Below are positions 34,674-44,118 of a DNA stretch of 51,684 bases, in pieces. The DNA lies in assembly GCA_039588275.1 (NCBI GenBank), contig JBDHAC010000037.1, positions 1 through 51,684 of the forward strand, read 5' to 3'. A model generated the notes under the pieces. The model saw nothing but the letters and a program-made list of their open reading frames with translations, made no database searches and was not told the DNA's origin. How positions within the stretch are numbered: position 1 is the first letter of the stretch; each line of letters starts with the position of its first letter. This DNA comes from Gemmatimonadota bacterium. GTDB taxonomy: Bacteria > Gemmatimonadota > Gemmatimonadetes > Palauibacterales > Palauibacteraceae. A program made the translations under genes and the position numbers.

Positions 34674-35543
34674 TCAGTGCAGCCGCTCGGAGGTCTTCTG
34701 GTAGCGGCGGCTCATCTCGTCCAGGAAAGCGCGCTCCTTGGGGGTCAGCGAATCGATGCCGCTCTCGCGGATCTTGTCCAGGATCCGGTCCACTTCATCC
34801 AGCGAATCCCCGTTCACGGGACGCCGCCGGGCCTTCGGCGCCGGAGTCTTGGTCCGGGGCTCCACCTTCACGTGGCGCGGCTTCTCCTTCCAGATCAGTC
34901 GCCTTGCGGTCCGGCCGATCTGATCGCCGTATCGCAGGAACACGAAGCCGGACACGAGCCCTCCCAGATGCGCCCAATGGGCAGTATTCCCGCCGCTCCC
35001 CCTCACCATCGCGTAGACGGTAACGAACCCGAGGAAACCGACGAACCACTTCGCCTTTACCGGGACGAGGAAATAGAGGTAGATCTGGGCATCGGGCCAG
35101 TTGAGGGCGAACGCCAGCAGCAACCCGAAGATCGCCCCCGACGCCCCGACCACGAGGCTCGGGCCGATCACCGGATACAGGATCAGCGAGAACAGCGCGC
35201 CGCCCAGACCCGCGACCAGGTAGTACTGGATGAAATAGCGCCCGCCCCACTTGCGCTCCAGCGGCGGCCCGAAGAAGAACAGCGTGAGCATGTTCACGAA
35301 CAGGTGCCCAAAGCCCCCGTGCAGGAACATGTAGGTGACCCACGACCAGACGAGCCACGGCTGCGTGTTCGCGAACCCGAGCCAGCGGATGACGGGCCCC
35401 GCGGGCAACAGACCGAGCGCCATCGCCAGATACACGGCCGTGTTCGCGATCAGCAGGCGCTTCACCCACGTCGTCAGATGCGATCCGAAGCCGAACCCGC
35501 CGAAGCCGCCCGGCTGATAGCCGGCCCTGCGCGGTTGAAACAT
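34674..35543 (-). CDS. rhomboid family intramembrane serine protease with short C-terminal helical extension
   Basis: YMFLHGGFGHLFVNM, GASG (catalytic Ser), AHLGG (catalytic His); C-terminal EVDRILDKIRESGIDSLT; start ATG 35543. Confidence 0.93.
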   Translation of the reverse strand: MFQPRRAGYQPGGFGGFGFGSHLTTWVKRLLIANTAVYLAMALGLLPAGPVIRWLGFANTQPWLVWSWVTYMFLHGGFGHLFVNMLTLFFFGPPLERKWGGRYFIQYYLVAGLGGALFSLILYPVIGPSLVVGASGAIFGLLLAFALNWPDAQIYLYFLVPVKAKWFVGFLGFVTVYAMVRGSGGNTAHWAHLGGLVSGFVFLRYGDQIGRTARRLIWKEKPRHVKVEPRTKTPAPKARRRPVNGDSLDEVDRILDKIRESGIDSLTPKERAFLDEMSRRYQKTSERLH

Positions 35544-35545
35544 CC

Positions 35546-36682
35546 TCAGGTCCCGCTCTGCCCCGGGTCTCCCAGGTCGACGCTCGACTGGAGCCCTCGT
35601 TCGCGCTCGGCCCGCTCCAGGGCGAGCTGAAGCAGGCGGTCGATCAGCTCCGAGTACCCGATGCCGCTGGCCTCCCACAGCTTCGGGTACATGCTGATCC
35701 GCGTGAAACCGGGAATCGAGTTCAGCTCGTTGACCACCAGGCCCCCGTCGGGCTTGAGAAAGAAGTCGACGCGGGCCATCCCCTCGCAACACAATACCTC
35801 GAAGGTCCGGATCGCCAACTCCTGTACGCGATGCGTCGTGGGCTCGTCCAGCTCGGCCGGAATCCGGAGGTCCGCTCCCTCGTCGTCCAGATACTTGGCC
35901 TCGTACGAATAGAAGTCGTGCCGGGGAACGATCTCCCCCGGGATCGAGGCCTGTGGCCGCTCGTTGCCGAGAACCGAGCACTCGATCTCTCGACCCTCGA
36001 CGAATTCTTCCACGAGCACCTTGTCATCGAAGGCGAAGGCCGACTCGAGGGCGGCGCTCAGCGCATCGGGATCATCCACCTTCTGAACGCCCACGGAGGA
36101 GCCCATGTTCGCCGGCTTCACGAACAACGGCCGGCCCAACCTGCGGGTCAGCTCGGCGAAGGGGGGCGCCTTCCCATGAGCCCGAACCGTCACGTAGGCG
36201 GAGACCGGGATCCCGGCCTGTGCCAGGAGACGCTTCGCCACATCCTTGTCCATGGCGACCGCGGAGCCCAGAACGCCCGCTCCCACGAACGGGATGTGGG
36301 CCAGGCGAAGCAGCCCCTGAACGGTCCCGTCCTCCCCGAGCGGCCCGTGGAGCACCGGAAAGACCACGTCCGGTGGAGCGAGCGCGTCGCGCGGCTCGAT
36401 CTCCAGGAGATCGGCGCTCTCTCCGGGCACGAGCGCGACGTCGCGCCGTGTCGACTCCATCTGGATGCGACGCGGATCCGACGCGTTGAGCAGGAAGTGG
36501 GATCCGTCGGCCAGGTGCCACCTTCCCTGCCGGTCGATCCCGATCAGCACCACGTCGTACTTCTCTTGATCGATGGCCTCGACGATGTTCTTCGCGGATT
36601 GGAGCGAGACCTCGTGCTCCGCCGACTGGCCGCCGAACAGGACACCCACACGGACTTTGCGGCTCGCCCCCTCTCCCGTCAT
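35546..36682 (-). CDS. ddl: D-alanine--D-alanine ligase
   Basis: FGGQSAEHEVS, PVLHGPLGEDG, KPANMGSSVG, FYSYEAKY, NELNSIPGFT. Confidence 0.97.
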   Translation of the reverse strand: MTGEGASRKVRVGVLFGGQSAEHEVSLQSAKNIVEAIDQEKYDVVLIGIDRQGRWHLADGSHFLLNASDPRRIQMESTRRDVALVPGESADLLEIEPRDALAPPDVVFPVLHGPLGEDGTVQGLLRLAHIPFVGAGVLGSAVAMDKDVAKRLLAQAGIPVSAYVTVRAHGKAPPFAELTRRLGRPLFVKPANMGSSVGVQKVDDPDALSAALESAFAFDDKVLVEEFVEGREIECSVLGNERPQASIPGEIVPRHDFYSYEAKYLDDEGADLRIPAELDEPTTHRVQELAIRTFEVLCCEGMARVDFFLKPDGGLVVNELNSIPGFTRISMYPKLWEASGIGYSELIDRLLQLALERAERERGLQSSVDLGDPGQSGT

Positions 36683-37119
36683 CGCCGGTTCCCGTCTTCC
36701 TCCGCGTGTCTCGCGCGCTCGGGCATGGGGTATCGTACCGGCAGGTAGCCCCACACGGCGACGGCCTCGTCGCCGTGACGGGCTGGACGATAATGGAGCA
36801 AGCGTGCGCCGGCGACGGCCGCGGAATCCAGGCTCCCGTGCCCGCTGGACTTGGCGACGCGCACGGAGTCGACCCAGCCACTCGCCGCGATGTGGATCTT
36901 CAGGAGCGTCTCCCCCCCGACCCCTCGCTCCCACGCATCGACCGGGTATTTGAACGGAAGCTCGTCGCTGTCCAGCACGGGCATGTGAAACGGACCTGCC
37001 GCCGCGCCGATCTTCAAGCCCCCCAGAACCGGACGCACGGCTTCCGAGCAGCCGGCCGCCGCCAGTCCCAGGCCGAACAGGAGCATCGGCGCGCGCCGCG
37101 GACGTTTACGCGTCGGCAT
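36679..37119 (-). CDS. short TonB C-terminal-domain protein with lipoprotein signal
   Basis: LLFGLGLAAAGC lipobox; TonB_C motifs YP..A...GVGG, SSGHGSLDSAA, YRPA...G..VAV. Confidence 0.8.
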   Translation of the reverse strand: MPTRKRPRRAPMLLFGLGLAAAGCSEAVRPVLGGLKIGAAAGPFHMPVLDSDELPFKYPVDAWERGVGGETLLKIHIAASGWVDSVRVAKSSGHGSLDSAAVAGARLLHYRPARHGDEAVAVWGYLPVRYPMPERARHAEEDGNRR

Positions 37120-39733
37120 CGGCCGCCCCCTCGTCCGGGTCGTTTGCGCGCCGGTCCCGCTCGGGTCCGTCATCCGTTCGGGTCATGGCGCGCAGCTCCG
37201 CGAGCGCGCTCAACGCCTCGAGCGGCGTCATGCGGTTCGGGTCGAGCTGCGCCAACCTCTCCAGGGCCGGCGAGGTCGGTGCGCGCTCGAACAGCGAAAG
37301 CTGATCCCTCGCCCGCTCAGCGACGACCGCTTCGCGGCTTCCCGTGCCGTACGGGCCATTCTCGAGCTCCCGCAGGATCTGGGCGGCCCGTCCCACCACT
37401 TCGGGCGGAAGACCGGCGAGTCGAGCGACGTGCACGCCGTACGACCGGTCGGAGCCGCCAGGCTGCAGGCGGTGCAGGAAGACGATCTCGTTCCCCCGCT
37501 CGCGCACCGACACGTTGAACGCGCCGACTCCGGCCAGCTCGTCCTCGAGCGCGACCAACTCGTGGTAGTGCGTGGCGAAGATGGTCCGGGCGCCCACCTC
37601 GTGCAGCCGCTCGGTCACCGCCCAGGCAATGGAGACGCCGTCGTACGTGGACGTACCGCGGCCGATCTCGTCGAGCAAAACGAGACTCCGCTCTGTCGCG
37701 CTGTTCAGAATCGTCGCCGTTTCCGTCATCTCCACCATGAACGTGCTCATCCCCGTCGCGAGGCTGTCGGAGGCGCCGACGCGGGTGAACACCCGGTCGG
37801 ACAACCCCAGCCTCGCCCGCGCCGCCGGTACGTACGATCCGATCTGCGCCATCAGGGCGATCAAGCCCACCTGGCGTAGCACGGTCGATTTCCCCGCCAT
37901 GTTCGGCCCGGTCACGATCATCACCCGCAGTGCGTCGTCCAACACCACGTCGTTCGGGATGAACGACTCCCGCTCCGCCGTCTGCTCCACCACGGGGTGG
38001 CGCCCGCCTCTGATCTCGAGGTTCGGCTCGTCCGTCAGATGCGGGCGCACGTACTCGTTCCGTTCCGCCACGTCCGCCAGCGCCGCCAACGTGTCCAGCG
38101 CCGCGATCCGCGCGGCCGTCTCCTGGATGCGAGGCACTTCGGTAGCCACCTCGGCGCGCAGATCCTGAAACAGCCTCGCCTCCAGAGCCGTGATCTCCTC
38201 GTCGGCTCCGACGACCTTCGCTTCCCACTCCTTGAGCTCCGGTGTCAGGAACCGCTCGGCGTTCGTCAGCGTCTGCTTGCGTATGTAGTCGTCGGGCACC
38301 CGGTCGAGCTTCGCCTTCGTGACCTCCAGGTAGTACCCGAACACCTTGTTGAACCCGACCTTGAGGCTGTCGATCCCCGTACGCTCCCGTTCGCGCACCT
38401 GCATCGCCGCGATCCACTCCACCGCGTTCTCGCGCAGACCCCTGATCTCGTCCAGCGCCCGCGAGTACCCCACCCGGATCACCCCACCCTCGCGAAGCGC
38501 AGCGGGCGCGTCCGGTGAGATGGCCCGCGCGACCCGGTCGCGCACATCCTCGAGGGTGTCCAGGCCATCCCGGATCCGCCGCAGGGCGTCCGACTCGGCC
38601 GGGCCAAGGGACTCGAGCACATGCGGGAGGGCGTCGAGCGATTCGCCTAGCCCTAGGAACTCTCGCGGCCCGGCCCGAGCGGTGGAGATACGCGCCGCCA
38701 AGCGCTCGAGATCGCGCACCTCGCGCAGCCGCGCGCGCAGCGTGCGACGCAGGCCGCCGTCCTCGTACAGCTCTCCGACGGCTTCCAAGCGTCGCTCGAT
38801 CTCCTCGCGATCGAGTAGCGGGCGAAGGAGCCACCGCCTGAGCAACCGGCCACCCATCGCGGTTCGCGTCCGGTCGAGCAGACCGAGCAGCGTCAGGCCG
38901 GGGCCCGGCCGCAGCGTCTCGACGAGCTCGAGATTGCGGCGGGTCATTTCATCCAGGTACATGGTGCGTCCGCGGCGTTCGACCCGCGGACGCCGGAGGT
39001 GCTCCACGCCCGCCGGACGCACCTCCTCCAGATAGGCGAGCAGGGCGCCGGTGGCGGCCAGCGACGAGGCGTCGGCTTCCGGATCCAGTCCGAAGCCCTC
39101 CACGGTTCGTACGCCGAACCGATCCCGGAGCCGCTCCGTACCCAGCTCGGGGTCGAACTTCCAGTCGGGTCGTCGGGTCACGAGCCACCCACCCTCCGGG
39201 GCGGGTGCGTTCTCCGGCAACAGGAGCTCGGACGGTTCGATCCGGGCCAGTTCGTCTGCGAGTGCACCCGAATCGGTTCGTGACACCTCGAACTCGCCCG
39301 TGGAAAGGTCGACCGCGGCGATCCCGAACGGCTCGGAGCCGGCGATGGCGGCCACGTAGTTGTTTCGGTCCGCGGAGAGCAGCGTGCTCTCCAGCACGGT
39401 TCCGGGGGTGATGACCTCGACGACGTCTCGTCGGACGATCCCTTCCGCCTCCGAGGCGTCCTCGAGCTGCTCACAGATCGCGACCCGCCGACCGGCCCTC
39501 AGGAGGCGTGACACGTACTCGTCCGCGGCCTTCACCGGAACGCCCGCGAGGGGGACGTCGCGCGCACCGCCGTTGTTACGAGACGTGAGGGTGAGACCGA
39601 GGAGGCCGCTTCCCTCCTCCGCATCCTCGAAGAACATCTCGTAGAAGTCGCCGACCCGGAAGAAGAGCAGCGAGTCCGGGTGACGGGCTTTGACGTCGAG
39701 GTACTGTTGAATGAGTGGAGTGTTCTGGCTCAC
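37106..39733 (-). CDS. mutS: DNA mismatch repair protein MutS
   Basis: FFRVGDFYEMF, RHPVVE, TGPNMAGKST, STFMVEM, DEIGRGT, FATHYHEL, SYGVHVA. Confidence 0.98.
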   Translation of the reverse strand: MSQNTPLIQQYLDVKARHPDSLLFFRVGDFYEMFFEDAEEGSGLLGLTLTSRNNGGARDVPLAGVPVKAADEYVSRLLRAGRRVAICEQLEDASEAEGIVRRDVVEVITPGTVLESTLLSADRNNYVAAIAGSEPFGIAAVDLSTGEFEVSRTDSGALADELARIEPSELLLPENAPAPEGGWLVTRRPDWKFDPELGTERLRDRFGVRTVEGFGLDPEADASSLAATGALLAYLEEVRPAGVEHLRRPRVERRGRTMYLDEMTRRNLELVETLRPGPGLTLLGLLDRTRTAMGGRLLRRWLLRPLLDREEIERRLEAVGELYEDGGLRRTLRARLREVRDLERLAARISTARAGPREFLGLGESLDALPHVLESLGPAESDALRRIRDGLDTLEDVRDRVARAISPDAPAALREGGVIRVGYSRALDEIRGLRENAVEWIAAMQVRERERTGIDSLKVGFNKVFGYYLEVTKAKLDRVPDDYIRKQTLTNAERFLTPELKEWEAKVVGADEEITALEARLFQDLRAEVATEVPRIQETAARIAALDTLAALADVAERNEYVRPHLTDEPNLEIRGGRHPVVEQTAERESFIPNDVVLDDALRVMIVTGPNMAGKSTVLRQVGLIALMAQIGSYVPAARARLGLSDRVFTRVGASDSLATGMSTFMVEMTETATILNSATERSLVLLDEIGRGTSTYDGVSIAWAVTERLHEVGARTIFATHYHELVALEDELAGVGAFNVSVRERGNEIVFLHRLQPGGSDRSYGVHVARLAGLPPEVVGRAAQILRELENGPYGTGSREAVVAERARDQLSLFERAPTSPALERLAQLDPNRMTPLEALSALAELRAMTRTDDGPERDRRANDPDEGAADADA

Positions 39734-39761
39734 GACCCGTCAGCAGCCTCCAGGGCCGCGG

Positions 39762-40559
39762 TCAACCCTTCTCGGCCGTGATCAATGCCGAGAAGCCTGC
39801 CGCGCGTACCCGCTTCGCCATCTCTCGCGCCGCCTCGACCCTTCCGAAGTGGCCGACCCGCACTTTATACAGCCCCTCCTCCTCTACGATCCGCGCCGGG
39901 AAGCCGGCCTCGCCTGCGCGCTCAGCGACGGCCTCGGCCGCGGAGCGAACGCGAAACGCGCCCAGTTGCACGGTGAGGCGTAATTCGCCGGCCTCACACG
40001 ACCTGGATGACGCCATCGAGCGGGCGTGGACCTCATCCTGTCCCGTCTCGCGAGCCGCTGTCGACGCCCGGCCCCAGGCCTCGCAGGCGGCCGTGAGGTT
40101 ACCGGAGACCTCCAGGGCGCGGCCGGACCAGTACCAGGACTCGGACACCCATTCGCCGGTGGGATAATCGGCTCGAAGACGCTGGAGATCGTCGGCGGCG
40201 CGCTCGGGGTCGCCGAGAGCCAGATCGAGCTGCGCCAGACGCAGCCACGCTTCGGCACCGTAGGACGATTGGCCGTCGATCGCTATTCGCAGGTATTCGC
40301 TGCGGGCGGAGTCTGCGTCCGTCATCAGGCGGGCCCGGAGCAATCCCGCGCGCTCGAGGTCAGCGGGTGTCGCGGCGTCGCCGGTCACTGCGAGCCAACG
40401 CTCCACGGCTTCTCGCGCACCCCTCACACGACCCGAATCGACGGCCGCCTCGATGCGCGTCAGGTCCGGCGGCGGCTCGATCGACTGAGCGCCCAACCCG
40501 CCACCGACCGCGCACCCGAACAGCAGAGCGGAGGTGGCGGCGACGCCCGTCGGCTTCAA
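39762..40559 (-). CDS. secreted TPR-like + C-terminal SPOR domain protein
   Basis: TTG 40559 overlapping the holA stop with GGAGG RBS; signal peptide; TPR-like AWLRLAQL...YPT..W...WYWSGRALE; SPOR motifs VQLGAF and YKVRVGHF. Confidence 0.82.
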   Translation of the reverse strand: MKPTGVAATSALLFGCAVGGGLGAQSIEPPPDLTRIEAAVDSGRVRGAREAVERWLAVTGDAATPADLERAGLLRARLMTDADSARSEYLRIAIDGQSSYGAEAWLRLAQLDLALGDPERAADDLQRLRADYPTGEWVSESWYWSGRALEVSGNLTAACEAWGRASTAARETGQDEVHARSMASSRSCEAGELRLTVQLGAFRVRSAAEAVAERAGEAGFPARIVEEEGLYKVRVGHFGRVEAAREMAKRVRAAGFSALITAEKG

Positions 40560-41566
40560 CCATCCCTCCTGAGCTGCTCGAGTGACAGCAGTAGTTCCTC
40601 GAGAACGGCTCGATCCTTCCCCCCCGACTTGAGCTGCCGATCCGCCCGCTGAAGAAGACGGAGCGCGTCGCGGACCTCGTCTGCGCTCCACCTCCGTGCC
40701 TGCGTTGCGTACGTCTTGGCTTTCCACGCGAGGTACCCGCGTCCGGTCTCTCCGAGTGCCCGTCGTACCAGATCGGTTCCACCCTGCACCGCGATCCCGA
40801 GCACCACGTGGTGCTCGACGAGTCCCGAGACCAGCGGCACGCCCCGTTCCGATGTGAGGATGTCATCGAGCGAGCGCAAGGCGTGGTCGTATTCGCGGCC
40901 GCCGACCAGATCGAGCCACGCCCACCGGTCGATCCTACGGGTGCTCGGGACGAGCGCCCGGATCCGCTCGAGCGACAGCGGTTCACCCGCGGCCGCGGTG
41001 GCCAGCTTCGCCAATTCCACGTCCAGTACGGAGAGGTCCTCGCCCACGGTCGCCGCGATGGCCTGTGCGGCTTCGCGGGTCAGCTCGAAGCCGTGACGCT
41101 CACGGGCCCGCTCCAGAAGCCAGCCCGGAAGCTCTGCCGGGCGTGGAGCGCTCCACTCGAGGCACCGGCAGTTCGCCTTCAGCGATCGATAGAAGGCAGC
41201 CTTCGAGCCTTTGGGAATCGTGGCCGATACGAGGAGCACGAGGTCAGCGGGCAATCGCTCGACGGCCTCCACGAGCACCTTACGAGCGGCCGTGGAGAGC
41301 CGTTGCGCCTCCGAGACCGTCACGACCCTCAGATCGGCCATCATGGGTGGCATGGCCAGAGCGGCCGCGAGCTCCTCGGGCACGGCGTCCTCACCGTAGA
41401 ACCGGTTCAGGTTGAAGTCGCGCGTCGAAGGGTCCAGGGCCGCGTCCGCGAGCTGACGGGCCGCCTCGTCCCGCAGGCGGACGGCGTCACCGTGCAGGAA
41501 GTACGCGCCGGCCAAGGAGCCACTGCCGAGGAGTTTGGCGAGATTCGATTCCGCGGCCAGGCTCAT
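40556..41566 (-). CDS. holA: DNA polymerase III subunit delta
   Basis: YFLHGD, DFN...YG, PMMADLRVV.V, ELAKL, C-terminal ADRQLKSG...LEELL. Confidence 0.88.
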   Translation of the reverse strand: MSLAAESNLAKLLGSGSLAGAYFLHGDAVRLRDEAARQLADAALDPSTRDFNLNRFYGEDAVPEELAAALAMPPMMADLRVVTVSEAQRLSTAARKVLVEAVERLPADLVLLVSATIPKGSKAAFYRSLKANCRCLEWSAPRPAELPGWLLERARERHGFELTREAAQAIAATVGEDLSVLDVELAKLATAAAGEPLSLERIRALVPSTRRIDRWAWLDLVGGREYDHALRSLDDILTSERGVPLVSGLVEHHVVLGIAVQGGTDLVRRALGETGRGYLAWKAKTYATQARRWSADEVRDALRLLQRADRQLKSGGKDRAVLEELLLSLEQLRRDG

Positions 41567-41734
41567 CCGCGAACCGATTGCCTTTCGGCCTGCCCTAGCG
41601 GGCCGCTGGAGAACTCGAGCGGGTCACGTCACGAGCGCGGGGTACCCGCGGCAGCGGGTCGGGGCAGATCCAAGGCGGCGTGACGACGCGATGTCGTGAG
41701 CCATCGGGGAGGAGCGACAACGCAGGCGCCCGCG

Positions 41735-42322
41735 TCAGCGCGAGCCGTCGAGCGACGAGTCCAGCGGCGTGTCGTCGGACGATGGCGAGACGGGCGTGAC
41801 CGGCACCATTGGGCCGAACGGCCCGAAGAAGTCCGAGTGCCCGTCCAGCGTTGATTCCAGTGGAACGAGATACTCGACGACCGGAGGGTTGAACGGCATC
41901 TCACGGAACAGCGCCGGGATCGGATCCAGCCCGGTGTCGGTCGGAGTCACGGGGACCTCGACGGCCACTGCGGGGAGCTCCACTTCGACCGACATCCTGG
42001 TCGCGAACGGGAGCCAGGCGAGGGCGAGGAAACCCACGGAAGCGACGGCGACCAGCGCCGCGCTGCCGAGGTGATGCCCGTCGGACAGCCGCCCCGCGTC
42101 GTCGACATGGAACAGGCGGTGCTGTAGGCGTGGAGTGAAGTCGGGTGAAGGGTGCACTTCCGGTAGCGACCGGCATTCGGCGATGCCCTGACGCAAGACG
42201 CGGTGGTACCGCTGGCACGCGGGACACGTCCGCACGTGCTCGTGGAACGCCGCGTATGAGGCCGGCGAAAGCCGCTCATCCGCGAACTCAGAGTAGCCCT
42301 CTAGAAACTCCGAACACAGCAT
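41735..42322 (-). CDS. zinc-finger (ZAS/zf-HC2) anti-sigma factor, single TM
   Basis: MLC...HVRTCPAC (HxxxCxxC) motif, TM ALVAVASVGFLALAWL; downstream of an ECF sigma. Confidence 0.85.
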   Translation of the reverse strand: MLCSEFLEGYSEFADERLSPASYAAFHEHVRTCPACQRYHRVLRQGIAECRSLPEVHPSPDFTPRLQHRLFHVDDAGRLSDGHHLGSAALVAVASVGFLALAWLPFATRMSVEVELPAVAVEVPVTPTDTGLDPIPALFREMPFNPPVVEYLVPLESTLDGHSDFFGPFGPMVPVTPVSPSSDDTPLDSSLDGSR

Positions 42323-42480
42323 CAGACGCCTGTCCGTCTTCTCCTCCGACTCCAATACAGCCCGTCTTTCCACCCCAACCGACCGCTCTCGGAGAGGCCA
42401 CTCGGACCGGCTGAGTATACTCGTCCCTGAGGACAGGGTTCCGCAAAAGAAAGACCGTCTTCCGCCCGGCGCGGAAAGGG

Positions 42481-42514
42481 ATGAAGAAAGGCCGCTCCGG
42501 AAAGGGAGCGGCCT
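42481..42514 (-). terminator. intrinsic terminator candidate after the ECF sigma gene
   Basis: Perfect 10-bp stem AGGCCGCTCC (42489-42498)/GGAGCGGCCT (42505-42514), 6-nt loop, followed on the minus strand by TTCTTC. Confidence 0.6.
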
Positions 42515-42567
42515 CGCTTCGATTCGCATCTCGACGGCCCGATTCAGGGGCCCGCGAGCCCGGGTGG

Positions 42568-43200
42568 CTACTCGAGCATCGGGGCGATGATCTGCGCGAA
42601 CTTGTTCCGCGCGCGGTTCAGCCGCGACTTCACGGTGCCCAGGGTAACCCCGGTGATCTCCGAGATCTCGTCGTACGTCTTACCCTCCATCTCGCGCAGG
42701 ACGAACACCACTTTGTGGTGCTCGGGAAGCTCGGCGACCGCCTTCTCCACCTTCTCGCGCAGGTGTCGCTTCCTGAACAGGTCATCGGGCGAGTAGGAGT
42801 TGTCTTCCCACTGCAGCGGCCGGTGGTCGGCATCCCAGTTCTTCTTGATCGCCTGGAAGAGGACGAGCGGATTCCGCGAACGGTTCCTCAGCTCGTTCTT
42901 CGCCAGGTTGCTGGCGATCGTGTAGATCCAGGTGGAGAATTTCTTGGTCGGGTCGAACCGGTGCAGGTGGCGATATACCCGCACGAAGGTCTCCTGTACC
43001 AGATCCTCGCCGCGGTCCCGGTCCCCGATCGTCCGGTAGATGAAGTTGAGCAAGCGCTCTTGATAGCGATTCACCAGCTCCTGGAACGCGAACCGCTCTC
43101 CGTCCAGGTAGAGGCTGACGAGCTCGGCATCGTCGAGGCCGCTGAGTTCCGAGCGCCGGGGCGCCGGTGGTGAGAATCCTCGGTCCGGCCGAGTCTCCAT
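42568..43200 (-). CDS. ECF sigma-70 factor (RpoE-like)
   Basis: AFQELVNRY, EDLVQETF, FSTWIYTIA, YDEISEITG..LGTVKSRLNRAR; RBS GAGGAG. Confidence 0.95.
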   Translation of the reverse strand: METRPDRGFSPPAPRRSELSGLDDAELVSLYLDGERFAFQELVNRYQERLLNFIYRTIGDRDRGEDLVQETFVRVYRHLHRFDPTKKFSTWIYTIASNLAKNELRNRSRNPLVLFQAIKKNWDADHRPLQWEDNSYSPDDLFRKRHLREKVEKAVAELPEHHKVVFVLREMEGKTYDEISEITGVTLGTVKSRLNRARNKFAQIIAPMLE

Positions 43201-43293
43201 ATCCGCTCCTCGTGTAACCGTGGACGGGTCCGAGCCTGGCTCGGTAGCCGCCGGGTCTCTCTACATTCTATGACGCGCGAGCGTCCAGAATCG

Positions 43294-43902
43294 TCACACT
43301 CCGTCGGAACCCGCTCCGACGATAGCGCTCGAATCCAGACCCGCGGCGCATAACAACGTGCAAATCGTCTTCGCGTCGTTGATCTGGCCTGAAGCTACCA
43401 TCTCCAGCGCCTGCTCGAGCCCCACCTCGTGCAGCTCGATGAACTCGCTCGTGTCGTGTCGCGTCTCGCCAGACTCGAGCCCGAGCGCCACGAACAGGTG
43501 AATCACCTCATCGGTGAAACCCGGAGTCGTGTATACCGTCGTGAGCCGTCGGAGCTCGCGAGCCCGCAGACCCGCCTCCTCTTCCAGCTCCCGCAGGGCA
43601 CACGATTCGGGGGACTCTCCCGGATCGAGCTTCCCCGCCGGCACCTCCCAGAGCTCGCCATTCGCCGCATATCGAAACTGCCGAAGCAGTACGACCGCCG
43701 CCTCATCGCCCCGAGCCCATTCGCCCGGGCGGTACAGGGGGAGTACGGCGGCTGCGCCGGGGTGGCGAATCATCTCCAACTCGCCAACGGAGCCGTCCGG
43801 GAAACGGACACGGTCGAGCTCGACATCGAAGACCCGCCCGCGGTACACCACCTCGCCATCGATGCGGTAACCGCTGGAGCCTTCCAGTCCCACCTCCCGC
43901 AA
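43294..43902 (-). CDS. Nudix hydrolase (ADP-ribose pyrophosphatase NudF-like)
   Basis: HPGAAAVLP, RQFRY, Nudix box PAGKLDPGESPESCALRELEEEAG, TPGFTDE, DAKT. Confidence 0.92.
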   Translation of the reverse strand: MREVGLEGSSGYRIDGEVVYRGRVFDVELDRVRFPDGSVGELEMIRHPGAAAVLPLYRPGEWARGDEAAVVLLRQFRYAANGELWEVPAGKLDPGESPESCALRELEEEAGLRARELRRLTTVYTTPGFTDEVIHLFVALGLESGETRHDTSEFIELHEVGLEQALEMVASGQINDAKTICTLLCAAGLDSSAIVGAGSDGV

Positions 43903-43993
43903 CCACTTGACACCCGAACGGTTCCCGGCTCCCTCGGGTGCGCCGGCCCGCCCCTTCGTGCTCGCCCCGCGCCGTCCTGCGCGGCGAAGGCTG

Positions 43994-44025
43994 ATTTAAT
44001 TAACCGAAAATGAACCGAAAGTCAA
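43994..44025 (-). promoter_or_regulatory. sigma70-type promoter candidate with direct repeats in the spacer
   Basis: TTGACT (44025-44020), 17-nt spacer, AT-rich TAATTAAAT; TTTCGGTT repeated with an 11-bp period (44002-44009 and 44013-44020). Confidence 0.55.
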
Positions 44026-44118
44026 GGCTGGCGCGGGTTTCCGGGTACCCAGAGCCCGTTCTTCCCGCGCTCGCGACGCGATCGCCGTCGGGGTCCGGCG
44101 CCCGCACCCGAGAGCTCG

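Noticed and set aside
37317..38834. 505-aa alternative-frame minus-strand ORF
   Set aside because: Lies inside mutS; Arg/Gly/Ala-rich composition typical of a GC-rich off-frame
44001..44015. Alphaproteobacterial SOS-box-like GTTC-N7-GTTA
   Set aside because: One mismatch, probably the wrong lineage, and I saw no similar box upstream of uvrA or ruvC; kept only as a generic direct repeat
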